In this document: positions 13,954-27,719 of the stretch, one piece after another
Layout of the letters: each line of letters starts with the position of its first letter
Position numbering within the stretch: the stretch's first letter is position 1
Assembly: GCA_002104905.1 (NCBI GenBank)
Contig: MCFE01000270.1
Coordinates: 42,891-106,890 of the forward strand
Reading direction: 5' to 3'
Source: Basidiobolus meristosporus CBS 931.73
Lineage: Eukaryota; Fungi; Basidiobolomycota
DNA length: 64,000 bases
Notes under the pieces: model-generated
The model's input: only the letters and a program-made list of their open reading frames with translations
What the model was told of the DNA's origin: nothing
Database searches by the model: none
Translations under genes and position numbers: made by a program

Positions 13954-14322
13954 TGTCACAAGTCTTGGTATAAGAGTTGCAAAGGAATAGGGAGTTTAGC
14001 TAGTATTGTATTCACTGAAACTTGAACTGACCTCTATTGAAATTCCAGCAGCTCCTTATATACATTTTGCCAGATCAATTGCTGACTAATTGTATCTCCT
14101 AATGTAGGCTGTGGCTGATGACTCATTTGATTGCATCATCATCACCCAATAAGATCCTACTTAATATATCTATTTCTGTCTAATAGGAATCTGCTGATTC
14201 ATTTGCTGACTAATGCTACTGATTTGATAGATAATACTGATGTACTGATAAGCTAAGCATGTAACTACTTGATTTAACTAAAAACTGATCTAACTTAAAC
14301 ATTCAATCAGCCGGTCATAACA
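13954..14322 (-). repeat. Gypsy 5' LTR
   Basis: TGTCACAAG...CATAACA; visibly diverged (roughly 10%) from the 3' LTR. Confidence 0.9.
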
Positions 14323-14989
14323 CTTGTCACCTTGCACAAGCTGAGTCAGGTAAACTTGTGACACCATTAGACTCACCCCAGCCTTCTGAGTATGGCATGC
14401 AGAGTGATAGTCTATAGAAGCAGGCTCACCAATGGATTATGAGCCCATTTGCCCTAACAACTGTACTCTGCATGAGTCCAGCAAAACCCAATTTGCAATG
14501 AGCAGTACCCATCAAACAAAATACCTAGTATTCTTTATGGAGTGTAGTGGGCCTAGAATCCATTGAATGGTGAATGACATGATGTTGTGGCTAGAGAAGT
14601 GGCATATTTCCACTAATATCAGTAATGGGGTCATTGAGCATTTACTACTGCTTCTTGCCAAAAGTGTCCCGGGATGCAACTGACCATGAGCATGGCATAA
14701 ATGGACAACCATCATGCAGCTGGCAACATTTGTCCCGGAGACCATCCTGATGCCAGTATGTGTTGACAGTTGCATGGCATTCATATCAAAATATGCAATC
14801 AATGTAAGGAGTCCAACTTCTCAGGAATCTGCCACCATTGAGGGAAAACATTGTTCACACTCCAGATATATTCATATAATAACCTACCTAAAGAAGCTTG
14901 TGCAGTCTAACAAATATTGCAAAGTTATAAAGTACCATTCTCAATATCAATCAGCCTCATACATATTTAGCATTAATATTGAGATATAA

Positions 14990-15699
14990 GACTTGTTTTA
15001 ATGGATAGTGCCACAGTGAGCCATGAGTGTCAATCATGCCTTAGTGTGCCAGGGAGGCCAAGTGGACCTACACTTGGTCACAGAGTGTGAAACAAATCTT
15101 CATCTTCATGCAAGGCAGCCCCTCTAGTACACCCATTGTGCAGGGGAAAATCCATTTTTTGACTTTTTTTTTGGGACAAATTTTCTGCAAGATGAGGAAG
15201 AGCACAGATAGACTGATGGCATGCATATGGTACTCTATACCCATAACACCTTGAATCTAGCTCCTGTGGCTTGTACCATATCACAAAGAAGCATGGCATT
15301 ATTTTGGTCTACTGCACTATCTAGCACTATAAGTGGTTGTATAGGCTTTAATTTAAGGCTAATATTAATATATAGTGCCTGATAGTGCCAGTAGACTAAG
15401 ATAGTGCCATGCATTTTTGTGACATGTTACAGGCCACAGGATCTATAATCAGAGTACCATATGCATGTTGTCAGTACCTGTGTGCCCTTACACATCATGC
15501 ACAACATTGATCTTAAAAAAAAGGGCAAAAAATGGATTTTCTCCAGCACAATGGGTGAGACACAAGGGCTGCTTTGCACAAAGATAAAGAGCTATGTTTC
15601 GCACTCTGTGCCAAGTATGGGCTCATTTGGCCTCCCTGGCATACTATGGCATCATTTGCCACTCATTGCTCAATGTGGCACTATCCATTAAAACAAGTC
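14990..15699. mobile_element. Foldback/palindromic element, copy 2 (palindrome extends to 14832-15857)
   Basis: Arms of ~340 bp in inverted orientation around a 39-bp AT-rich spacer (15332-15370); termini GACTTGTT/AACAAGTC. Confidence 0.85.
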
Positions 15700-15859
15700 T
15701 TATATCTCAATATTAATGCTAAATTTGTTTGAGGCTGATTGATATTGAGAGTGGTACTTTATAACTTTGCAATATTTGTTAGACTGCACAAGCTTCTTTA
15801 GGTGGGGTATTATAGGAGTATATCTGAAGTGTGAGCAATGTTTTCCCTCAATGATGGGC

Positions 15860-16650
15860 TTCAAGCAACACTCATACACCTATGCAACAATATAAGTGCA
15901 AGTGCTGGATGAGTTGGTTATGTCTTTATTCAAGTGGCCTACTGAAGTCATTTCTACTAAGAGTACATTGAAAGTATTGGTAGTCATATGTTGATACTGT
16001 TGGAGTAATTATCCATGAGTAGATCACCAATGCCAACTTGATGCATCTGCAGCTTTTGTGCAAGGAGGTTGTTACTGGACTTGAGCAGCTATACTACAAA
16101 CATAGAGCTGAACATCTGGATCTCTACCTCTGCTGTATCCATTCTGTACTCCATCTTGCATGGTGTGTGGAGAGTACTGTGACTTGCCTTTCCTTTTGGT
16201 AGTTTCCTATGGGGCAGATGTGTGGGCAGATAGGAAGACAAGTCAAGTTGCAGGTACTACCATATCCAGTCTAATCAGGAATATTAACTTCAAGTCCATC
16301 ATGGATGTGATGAATTGGCACATGAAGGAGAGCCAGGGAGAGCTGGAAAAAACTAAGGACAAATGTGCACATAAAGACACCTATGCCTATGGCAGCATGA
16401 AGCTAAGCAGCCCCAAAGCATGGCTGATCAGTAAGTAAAGCTAAGTTGGGTCAGGTGCAACAAGCAACTAATCTTTCTTTGGAAAACTCCACCAAAGCAT
16501 GCCAGGCTTCTATTGGTCACAAGCAAATTTCTATACCACTTGATACAAAGCCCACATAAACAAGAGCTCATGCCCACCTGTAAGGGGGACCAGAATCCAG
16601 CAGGGAGAAGGAATAAATTGGACTTGTTTGGTTGGATAATGAAATATTGT
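15860..16650. repeat. Unclassified dispersed repeat Z, copy 1
   Basis: Shares blocks (gatcaccaatg..., agaatccagcagggagaagg) with 21700-22450 and 27300-27719; boundaries approximate. Confidence 0.6.
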
Positions 16651-16922
16651 TCTAGCATGTTAATAATATCAGATCAATCTGGCACTCTACAGTACATTCT
16701 AGCACTCTAATTTCTACCATGATGCCAGCAATATGATACAGCTACTGGAAATCTGATTCAATCTGGATTATGTTGCTCAGAACAGTTCTTTTCTTACCTT
16801 ATTTGCTCTTCATATTGCTCCAGACCCATTTCTCTCAGTATATGTTTTGTAAGAATATTTGGTGCATTAGACTGTATCTTAGCTATTTTACCTATTTTGC
16901 TATTTTCTTCTGTGTATGACTC

Positions 16923-17335
16923 TCATTTGTATTTACCTATCAATAAGCTGAATCTCATTAAATATGCAAATGTATGCTGTACTCTCACTCTGAAATGATT
17001 AAATATCTCATTGTAGAGCTTCTGCTTCCTACTAAGCACACCATTCCTTTGCTTCCTATGAGCTCCAATACATCCAAATCTCTTACCATCATCTCCTATA
17101 TATGCTAAGTCTGCCATGTATATCTCTCCTCTACCAAGTGCTGTATCATTCTCTACCCAGAGTGCTTTGTCATGCTTACTTCCAGCTAATGATCCACTGA
17201 ACCAGATGATGTTACCCTTGGTGTCAGACAGTGCTTGAAACTTCACACAGTGTGCATTGTATTTGCCAGAATAAAAGTGCCTCTGCCCCCTAGCAGATCA
17301 GTTAATCCTGACTGAAAAGGTATCCAAGATATTCC
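16923..17335 (-). pseudogene. PIF/Harbinger DDE transposase remnant
   Basis: Motifs FYSGKYNAHCVKFQ, GSKHD, MADLAY, YNEIFNHFRVRVQHTF typical of DDE_Tnp_4; stop codons upstream. Confidence 0.8.
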
Positions 17336-17394
17336 TGATATTTAATCTGTTGCTGAACACTCTGGGATATGGAAGGCAATTGGAGCTTCTGAAC

Positions 17395-18070
17395 CTAGTT
17401 TTCAAGCTTGCTCTAAGCCATTCATACCTTCTGCATGGCAGTTCTCAATTGCTGTCAGCTGGCAATGAAAGTTTTTAGAAATTTTGTTGCTAAGGATGGT
17501 GGGATGAAACCTTCAAGGGCAATAGTACTTGTGATAGCAGAGAAGCTTAACAAGGGATCTCCTTGAGTAGATTGGAGTCAATGGTCAACAGTACCTGGTA
17601 TAGATTTCCTCTAGTGTGTCAACAGGGAATCCAGTGTTAGTGATGAGATTGACAAGGAAAGACCATTTGGATGAATAAGTCCTCTCCAGACTGATATGTT
17701 TTCAGTTAGAGGTGATATTAATTAATTTGGCATGATGAGCTTAATTCATCTGATTTTCCATGCATTATGACTAAATCTCCATCAATTGTCATGTATCTAA
17801 TTATTATGTTACAAAAGTCATCCTCAAACATTGACTAGGTGATTACACTGATGATTTGCTGCAAGTCTATAATCAAATAGGAAATCTGCAATTGATGTCA
17901 CCTGATCCTTGTCAATGCAATCCAAGATGTGTCATGCATAATATACAGAATATTCAGCAATCATATTAGTTTTCTTAAATATTACATATAGGACCAGGTT
18001 GATGCCAATATACTACAGTATAAGTATCCAAATCTGTTGCTATAGTCCCTATGCCAAGTCTCACCTCATC
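17395..18070. repeat. Unclassified dispersed repeat Y, copy 2 (inverted relative to copy 1)
   Basis: Reverse-complement match to 2350-3030. Confidence 0.65.
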
Positions 18071-18249
18071 ATTTGAAAAACCTAGTCAAAACCCATCCCC
18101 AGCTCACTAGTAGGGTCCAGACTAGAAGAGGAAAAGTTTCTTATGTGGAGTTCTGGCCAAATAATACAAGTAAATACAAAGGAAAGTCATGTATAGACAA
18201 AAATAGCAATATAGGTAAAATAGTTAAAGTACTGTTTGATTCACTGAAG

Positions 18250-21196
18250 ACTCTTACAAGAAGACATATACTGAGAGAAATGCATCTGGAGCAATATGAA
18301 GAGCAAATAAAGTGAGAAAGGCACTGCTCTGAGAAACATAATTAAGATGGAATAAGATTGCCAGCAGCTGTATCCTATCACTGGCGTCATGGTAGAAATC
18401 AGCTACATGATAGTTGTCCACTTGTACTGCGTACATGGTAAGTTGCATCCTGGTATGATTTTGGCACAAAGTAGTAATAAATCTTCAAGGCCCCCATTAC
18501 TGATATTAGTGGTAATGCACCACTTTGCTAGCCACACAATTATATCATTCACCAGTTGATGGATTACTGGGCTCACTTGGCTCCATAAAGTATCCTTGGC
18601 ATTTGTTATAATGGGTGTTGTCCCATTGCATATATGGACTTTACCAGGCTCATATGTGGTATTGCCATTAGAGGAGAAAGGCTCAAAATCCATCAGTGAA
18701 CCTTCTTTGTCCAAGCTATCACTCTTTGTGCCATATTCAGAAGCCTGAGGTGAGCCTAAAGGTGTCACAAACCCACCTGACTCAATTTGTGCAAGGTGAC
18801 AAAGACAGATAGGTGCCAATAAATAAGTATCAACTGGCTGGCAAGATAATGCTAGTACAGTAGTGACCAATGAGTGTTCAAATATGACTTGTGTGACAAA
18901 ACACTGGCTATGATCCTTGTAGTACTTCCTGCGCTGTCTTTGTGCTTCATGTCTGAGAGGCTTGCCACAATAGCCACATGGACTTTTTTATCATATCTTA
19001 CAGTATTGAGTCAAAGAACTTTTCTCCATGGGGCAAACAGTTTGATATTTAACAATATAATGCATTGTATTACTTTTTGGTCAATACTCATGTGAATTTA
19101 AGACAGTCTTGTAGTTGAGCCATTGTACATACGTGAATGTAAGATTAGTTGATAACCTGATAGAGTAAGCATTAAAAATAAAATTGTGGCACCATACACA
19201 CACATGTATATGTAACACTATTTCCCTTATAGTTTGACTCACTTCCATATATAGGTTGCCAAAAAATAAAGCAAAGTTGTCTGGTTCCAAACCAAGCCCC
19301 ACCACTGATAGCTGCAGAAGAATGGTTGGACAACAGCTTGCTTTGAGATTCAGTGCAACAAGCAGGGCTACATCCAAAAAAGGCCATGTTAACTGTGTGC
19401 CCACTGAAGGTAATAATGCAAACTCCTCAGGCTCTCAGTCAAGTAGGCAATTGAGAACCTCTGCAGAGCCACAAGCTGACTATTATGCTCAGGCAGATGA
19501 TAATGTAACAAACACAGTATCCTCATTTGAAGACCAGCAAGTGGCTGTTGTAACATCACCACCACCCATATTAGCAAGTATGTTGTCAGTTCATACCAAA
19601 GCATTAATGAAGCAATTAGGTGCAGTGGCAATAGGATGGATGCAATGGCCCAGAGAAATCAGGGAATAGTCCGGAAACAGGATGGGCAGATAACACATGT
19701 AGAGCAATCAATATCCCATGTAGAAAAAGCAGTTTCTTTGCTGCAAAGAAGGAACTCAGGGAGCTCAATGTCACAGCCAAGAATTGAGCCATTTTCTGAT
19801 GTAACAGCAGAAGAACACCATACAGTCCTTGAAACACAACAACAGTGCCCAAGATAAAGCCCACCAAAAAACCCATCATATCATGGGAGGGAAACAATGT
19901 GGTGTTGATACCAAAGCCTAAAAATCAAAAGACATTGAAGATCTGTGAAGCCATTGAGTGCATTGATGAAGAGTGGGCTAATATTCAAGTGGCTGTCAGA
20001 AGTCTAGTATGCCATCACCTTAATGCTGGCATACCATGAGACCATCAGGAACTCTAGGCCAAGCAGAATGCATTTTACTTATTCCATGAGCATTATCCTG
20101 GATTCAAATGGGCAAACAGATTTTGGGCCAGTATTTGTATGCTAAGAAAGCATCATAAGAATAGCATAAACTATCAAAGGAAGAAGAACAAGGGTGCCAT
20201 GGCCAAAAACCAGCAGCTTCCTCAAGAGCCCATTGCAAGCAGGGCCAAAAGCTCCAGACAAGTGTCAAACAGATGTCAGGTAGCTGGAAGAGTGCCAATT
20301 TGGGACAAGCAAGCAGACACAGATTCACCAGCACAACATTTCTCAAGGAAAAAGTGTAGTCCCACTCAAGACACACTCAGTCAAAGTAGCAGTAAAGGAC
20401 CTGGCAGTGATAAAAACCAGCTGCTTTTACAGGAGCCTGCTGCAACTACACTTGAGAGCTCAAAACAAGCATTAAAGAAACGTCAAGTTGCCAGAAGAGT
20501 GCAGCAAGGGACAAGCAGGCCAAAATAGATGGGTTAGAGCAGAACTTAGCAAGGAGAAAAAGTAGTTCTTTACAAGAAGCACTCAGACAAAGTAGCAGTG
20601 AAAGACCTGGCAGTGATAAAAGAGAAGGTAAAGGGGAAAATGTCTACCCAAGCCTGAGACAGGGAGGCATGCAAAAGAAACTGCAGTTCTTTCTAATTAA
20701 CACTGCAAGCCTGGAACAGACTGAATCTCATCATAACCAAGCAGAATTACCATCAAAAAAACAGCTGTTTTCACAAGAGTTGGATGTGCAGCCAGTTGAG
20801 CTACACTCCAGCAAGGTAGATGAGTTTGCAGAGAATGGCAATTCATCTACCCCAGTCTTCACATCCTCCATTGCCAACAGAGTGGAGATACCACTGACAG
20901 ATAAGGCTACAACATTGAGAGCTCAAAAGACTATTACAATGCCTTCAGTGGAATTTTGTAACATTAATAGGCACACCAAGAGGTTGCAGCACTTCTTCAA
21001 GAGCTGTGCTGAACAAAACACACTTGAATATTGCAAGGATTTATTGCAAAGACTGGCAGATGAGGTGCTAGACCTTACAGTGTTGGCTGAAGATCATGGC
21101 ATGTGGGAACCAGTGAATGAACAGTGTCATAATGCCATTGGGTTCCTGCCAAAGCTGGGTAACCAGAGTGTTACAGCAGAAATACTTATTGAGTAG
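18250..21196. mobile_element. Repeat X, longest copy; degenerate element, possibly a CACTA/EnSpm-like DNA transposon with two divergent ORFs
   Basis: Minus-strand WLAKWCITTNISNGGLEDLLLLC...LP resembles CMC transposase N-termini; plus-strand broken ORF 19256-21196 with coiled-coil and basic regions; partial copies elsewhere; no TIRs identified. Confidence 0.4.
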
Positions 21197-21699
21197 TGGA
21201 TTTTGAAGGAGCTACTTGTTGAGTGAGGGGTTGAGCTTAACATTGGTGTAGGGTACAGGGATTTGTATAAGTCAATACAATTGGCAATTGAGTTACAACT
21301 GAAGTTTCAGCAGAAATAAATCAATTTGTACACATGAAAAGTAAGAGAAACAGTTGAGTCAGGAAGTAAGGAGTGTGAAAAAGAGGCAATAGCCAATCAA
21401 TGCACACAAATGTAGGAGGTGATAGAGTGCCTAGGACCAGAAAGTGAGCAAATTGGCAGGGAACCAATTAAAAGCCACTTATACATTGTTTTGATGAAAA
21501 TTTTTGACTAAGTTTTTTTGTGAAATCTGGGGTGCAATTATTTTTCAATGGTCTTTGGACAGTGTCCTGATGGGATCATTACCTCTTAGTTATGGGACTT
21601 TAACCCTGTGATAGCCTTTTGGTGGGATCATTGCAATAGTTTTTCATAGGGAATATATATGCAAGGATTGAATGGGCTGGTTGCATGTTTATTTAAGTG

Positions 21700-22450
21700 G
21701 CATTTTGAGGCAATTTCTACTTGGAGTACACTGTAGGCATTGAGAGTTAGATGTTGACATTGTTGTAATACCTGCTTTAAGGCAGATCACCAATGTCAAC
21801 TTTCTGCATCATCAGCCTTCATGCAAGGAGTTTGTGATAGAATTTGGGTTGCTACATCTCAGGCTTAAAGCTGGGCTCAGCATTATCTGTCACTACTGTA
21901 TCTATTCTCATGTCCATCTTGCTTAGTGTGTAGAGAATATTGGATCTTGCTTTGCATTTCAGGAGTTTCCTATTTAGCACTTGTGAGGGGAGATATGAAA
22001 AAAAGTCAAGTTGCAGGAGCAGTTATAACCCAATCTCATCAAGAATATTACCTTCAGGTCTATGATGGAAGTAATGAGCTGCCACATGGTGGACAGCATG
22101 GAAAAGTTGGAAAATAACAAGCACTGATGTGCATAAGAAGCCACCTATGTCTTTGGCATTAAGAAGCTAGGCAGACCCAATGCACAGGTACTTATTCATA
22201 TAGTGCTAGGTAGCACTGGACACTACCAACAACTAATTTTTATTAGGACAACTATGCCAAAGTATGTCAAGTATCCCTTGGTTACAGGCGTATTCTCATA
22301 CCATTTAAAATAGAATTTGCAAAATTAAAGAGCCAAAGAGCATCTATAAAATAGACTAGAGTCCAGCAGGGAAAAGGATTATATTTGCTAAGCAGAGGAA
22401 AGGCATCTTGCAGATATTTGAGAGGTACTAGCAAACATATTGGCAGCAAC
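21700..22450. repeat. Repeat Z, copy 2 (lacks the foldback insertion)
   Basis: agggaaaaggattatatttgctaag... is co-linear with both flanks of foldback copy 3. Confidence 0.6.
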
Positions 22451-22606
22451 CAAGTATAAGCTTGCAAGATGTATGTGTTAATGGCAATATATGACATATA
22501 GCAGCTTTGCAAGTATTACACCAAAAGCTGTAGTGTTGAGGTGCTAGAAGTCTGGTAATATATATATTCGTAGAAGTTAGTAAGCAGGAAGCTGTAGTGT
22601 CTCTTA

Positions 22607-25600
22607 TGTTGCAATTTAAGAAGTGATTTGGATATAATGAACTATCATGAAATAGTGATAATAGTAGAACTGTTGTATATTCATTAAGGGGGTTAGTATT
22701 TATATCATTATAGAAGTAACACAGCTGTAACACTAAGTAAGGAGGGCTTCTCAGCATTCAGGAGTATTCTGTAACTGTTTCAGGGTTAATGCATAATGTT
22801 TGGTAATAAGTGTTAATTTGATCTTGACTACAGGGGAATAATCATAGGATTATAGATATGAAGAAACTGGCAAAGTTGGGTGTGTAAATTAGTCCTACAG
22901 TGACCTAGACTAGTCTAGAACTGCTAAGTAGATTTTGGCTGCTGAATCATACCAAATAGTTCAATATTTCAACACTCCCTCTCAACTAAATAATTTTTTA
23001 ATGCTAATTCCTTTCTGAGATTCTCAAATTGTGATCTAACTAGTGGTTTTGTCCATATATCTGCCACCATTTTGTCAGTTCAACAGTGAACTAACTCTAC
23101 TAAGTTATTTTCTGCAGTTTCCCTCACAAAGTGGTGTTGTATATCTATGTGTTTAGTTCTGGCATGATTGGTAGGATTCCTAGCTAATGAAATACAGCTT
23201 TGATTATCTTTGTAAATACATGTTGGTTTGTCTGAATTACTGCCAAAGTCTATGCCTAACTTTTGTAACTATATAGCCTCCTTAGTTGTATGGCAAGCAG
23301 CCATAAATTCAGCTTCAGTTGTAGATAGGGCCACAGCTGGTTGTTTCTTGCAATTCCTAGTAATAGCTGCACCAGCATAAAGAAATACATACCCAGTGGT
23401 AGAGCATCTGTCAATCAGATACCTACCTCAATCTGAGTCACTATAACCATCAAACTCTTGGCTATTAGCTGCTCCAGAGTATCCCAGTTCCGTATTTATG
23501 GTACCTTGTAGATATCTGAAAATCCACTTAACTGCTGCAATTTGATCTTATCCCTGATTGTGCATGAGTTGACTGACTAATCCAACTGCCACTGGAATAT
23601 ATGTACATGTAGACATCATCAAGTACATCAGCCTACCATCCATTGAGCAATAGGGAATGTTTGGGCCTTATTTGATTCGCTTTTACCTAAAACTAGTTGC
23701 AATTTGCTAAGTTTTAGAGTGTTGTCCAAAGGGGTATCTGCAGGTTTGCAATTTTCTATTTTGAAGCATCTAAGAATGTCCCTGATGTACATAGAATGAT
23801 TCAGCACAATTTTCTGTGCAGGGATGTCATATTTCACTTCAATACCAAGAAAATAGTTCAATATTCCAAGATCTTTAATCTCAAACTTGCTGAAGAGATC
23901 TAATTTTGTCTGTTAAGTGCCTCCTGGTCACTTGGAGCTATTATTAGGTCATCCACATAAAGAAATAGGATGATAACACCCTTTTTGAGCTGTTTCACAT
24001 ATACTGTTATCTGCAGTGCTACAAATAAACCCCATCTCCTATAGATATGTGTCAATCTTGTTATACCTTGCTCTAGGTGCCTGCCTAAGCCCATACAACA
24101 ATTTCCTAAGCCTGCACACCTTATGGGGGCCTTTTGGATTGGTAAAACCTTCTGGTTGCCCCATTTATAGAGTTTCTTGCAAACCTCCATCTAGAAAGGA
24201 AGTTTGATTTCCATTTGATATTGATCTAGATTGTGTACAGCTGCCAGTGAAAGAACTGTCCTAATGGAGTTAAGCTTGGCAAATGGAGCAAATGTTTCCT
24301 CAAAGTCTAGTCCCTGGATTTGGGAATAGCCTGTAGCAACCAATCTAGCCTTGTACTCCTCACCAGTACTATTTGAGGTAATCTTGCTCTTGTAGACCAT
24401 CCACATCCTATTGGCTTTCTCCCAATTGGAAAATCTACCAGTTCCCACATTTTTGCCTTGATGAGTGATTGGTACTCTTCCTGCATGGCTTGTTGCCACA
24501 TAGTAGCATCAGACTTTGCATTGCCTGTTCCAGATTCTGAGGTTTAGCACATAAGAGAAGACATGCTTTGTGATGATCATTGGATGTCTGCCACCAGGAT
24601 CCAGGGGCATTTCTTATTCTTGTAGATCTCCTAACTGCAACAATATGCTCTGATCTGGAGCTGGTAGAATTATATCCCATATCAGGCTGAATTAGGTATG
24701 CAACTTCTTCATTGGTGCTGATTGTATCATCAGGCAGCTGGCCAATAATTTCAGTGGCTTTCTAATCTGAATTTTCCTCAATCACACTGTCTGTGCTCTT
24801 AATCAGCTTCTGAACCTTGCCATCATACACTCTATACCCTTTAGTATCTTTGCAATACACAAGAAAGATCCCTTTTCTACTCTTTGGCTCCAGCTTTGAG
24901 CGTTTTTTGTCAGGGATATGATAAAAGGCACCGCTGCCAAAGATCCTGAGGTGCTGGAGGTCTGGGTTTTTGCCTGTAAATGCTTCAAGTGGTGTAGAAT
25001 CATGTAGTGCTGTTGTTGGGCATTGATTTGTGATGTGTACCGCAGTAGCAACAGATACAGCCCAAAACTTGTAGTCTGTTCCCTTATCATATAGCATAGA
25101 TCTTGCATCTCTACTATTGTTCTAGTTGCACATTCTGCTATTTCATTTTGCTGTGGAGTAGGTGGAGCAGTGGTCTGTTGAAGTATACCAGTAGATGAGC
25201 AGTATTTTGCAAACTCCTTTGATCAGTATTTTCCTGCATTATCACTTCAAAGTACCTTCAACTTACACCCAGTTTGTGTTTCTGCCATGTTCTTAAAGTG
25301 CTTAAATATTGTTAAAGCCTCAACTTTAGTTTTGAGGAAGTACCCCCTTTTATATCCTGTCTTGTCATCAATGCATGTCATAAACTATCTCTTAGCTCCA
25401 AAGGACAGTGTTTTCATGGGCCAACATTAGACCAAGTGTTCAATAGCCAATACTTTGGTGGTGTTGATGCCTCCTGAGCTCCTGAAATGTTGCCTAGCTT
25501 GTTTGCCATATGAACATCCCTTACAAACACTCAGTTTGTTTGAATTGAGTAATACAGGCCTAAAACAAGTTGATATTTCACCACTTGGCTCATTTTCTGT

Positions 25601-26890
25601 TTGCCAATGTGTCCAAGCCTCCTATGCCATGTCTCCCAGTTAGTTTCATCAGTTTCAGCAATGTTGGCATGCTCAAGAACAATGATCTTTCATTGTAACT
25701 TGTACATACTGTGATCTCTGATTCCCAAAGCTAATTTTTGTCCATTTTCACTCCATATAGAGCAGCTCAGCTTAGTAAAAATGAATTTCTATCCCTGAGC
25801 AGTTGCTCTACTGACTGAGAGTAGATTCTTAGCCATTCCAGGTATTTAGAGTATGTCAGTCAGTTTGCTGTTGTAGCCCTTGAGATATCACTCATATTTA
25901 GTTGCATACACTCACTGGGGGCCGCTTCCAGTGCAGAGTTGTCTCCCAGATAAACCTTTCTTATGGGGATAGTCCTTAAGTTGCTGAGCCACTCCTCTAT
26001 GCCACAAATAAGCTGTGATACTCCAGAGTCAATGTACCATTCATTATCTGGGTTACCTGCACTCACTTGTACAGTTCCAAATAACTGTTCATCAGTAGTC
26101 ATATGGTTTGCCAGCTCTAGTTTCTGCTTTGCTTCTGCTTGTTTCTTCTTGCATTTTGTTGCCTAGTGTCCTGGCTTCTTACAGTAGTTACAGCAACCAG
26201 GTTCTCTTAGGTTTTGTTGCTTTCCCTTCATTTCTGTGTGCCTTTCTGAGCTGAATAAAGCATTGTCTTCAATTATCTCTGCTTGATCATTACATCTGAG
26301 TTCTTCATGAAGAAGTCTTCCTTTAACATAGTCTAAAGTCAAATTGTCTTCTCTGCTTTCAGAAGAAAGTAGGGGTGGCTCATACTTGTCTGGTAGGCTG
26401 CAAAGCAGACCAAATATCTTTTCTTCACCATCTACACCAGCATTAATACTGTAAAGTTCTTCTACAAGTGTCTCCATTCTGGTAATGAGTTGTAGCATGT
26501 CAGCATGCAGCTTCTACCTCATGTTGAAGAGCTTTTGTTTTAAATAAAGCTTGCTTGATACTGACTGTGCTCTAAAGAGCTTCTCTGAGGATTCCCAGGC
26601 TGCTTTGGCAGTATTTGAAGCATGTGTTTGTCCAATGATGGTATCTTGCACATTGATACATATATCATTAAAGGCCATTGGCTCATTCTCTTGAAACTTC
26701 CCCACTTCTTCTGCAGTTCCTTTTGGCTCAACTTCTTTTCCTGTTACTATATTCCAAAGCTTCCTTTCCTCAAGGTGGATCTGCATCTTGATTCTCCAAA
26801 GTCTGTAGTTCTTCCCATCAAACCTCTCCTTTACAGGGAACATGTTTGCATTGCTCTGTTTGCTGGTAGAAGTCATATTTATTATAGCCT
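22607..26890 (-). mobile_element. Copia-A near full-length degenerate copy (3' LTR 22607-22974; 5' LTR absent)
   Basis: PPT complement ctccctctcaact after the LTR; RNase H, RT (LFLYVDDLII), integrase 24762-25500, protease WYIDSGVS, gag 26163-26876. Confidence 0.9.
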
Positions 26891-26891
26891 A

Positions 26892-27247
26892 GGCTACAAG
26901 TCTTGATATAAGAGTTGAGGAGGAATAGAGAGTTTAGCTACTATTGTATTCACCAAAACTTGATCTCATCTTTATTGAGGTTCCAGCTGCTCCTTATATA
27001 CATTTTGCAAGATCAATTGCTGACTAATGTAGGTTGTGGCTTATGACTCATTTGACTGCATCATCAGCACCCAATTATGTGATTCTTAATGTATCTATTT
27101 CTGTATGATAAGGATCTGCTGATTCATCTGCCAACTAATACTACTGATCTGATAGATAACATTGATATACAGATGGGCTAAACATAAAACTAATTGATTT
27201 GATTAATAACTGATGTAACCTGAACATTCAAGCAGTAGATCATAACA
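26892..27247 (-). mobile_element. Gypsy solo LTR with 4-bp TSD CCTA, inserted in the Copia-A leader
   Basis: Homologous to 9185-9553 and 13954-14322; CCTA at 26888-26891 and 27248-27251. Confidence 0.85.
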
Positions 27248-27299
27248 CCTAAGTGACAATGTTATTTGGGTATTTAGGAGCTATTGTAAAATTCTCCTC

Positions 27300-27719
27300 A
27301 ATTCCAACACCTTTTGTAGTAGAACTCACACAAAATATATTGGAGCCCACCTATGAAAGGGACTAGAGTATATCTGCGTGAAGTATATAATTGCCAAGTA
27401 TAGAGCAGTATTTTGTGAGTATCTGGATGTATTCTTGGCTATGGTGGTATATTGGAAGTACTTAGAGTTATATGTTGATATAGTAGGAATATTTATACAG
27501 ATGTGTATCACCAATGCTAGTCCAGTACACCTATAGCTTTTATGCAGAGAGTTTGTGATGGGGTTTGAGCAGCTAAGTAACAAACATAAAGCTGAATGCA
27601 TAGACCTATTCCACCACTGGTTACAAGCCAAGTACTACACTACTAAGCTCAGAATTCATACAAGACCAGAGCATACCTAATAGGGGGACTAGAATCCAGC
27701 AGGGAGAAGGTAAATATTG
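27300..27719. repeat. Repeat Z, copy 3 (host of foldback copy 3; continues after 28455)
   Basis: Same conserved blocks as the other Z copies. Confidence 0.55.

Larger units (their letters stand above)
9185..14322 (-). mobile_element. Full-length degenerate Ty3/Gypsy LTR retrotransposon
   Basis: Two ~369-bp LTRs, PBS TGGTAGCAG (initiator tRNA-Met type) next to 13954, PPT next to 9553; gag 13323-13865, mutated Zn knuckle, protease DSGA, RT YLDDILIYS (11128-12090), RNase H 10825-11100, integrase 9888-10776; flanks GTTG/CTTG. Confidence 0.95.
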
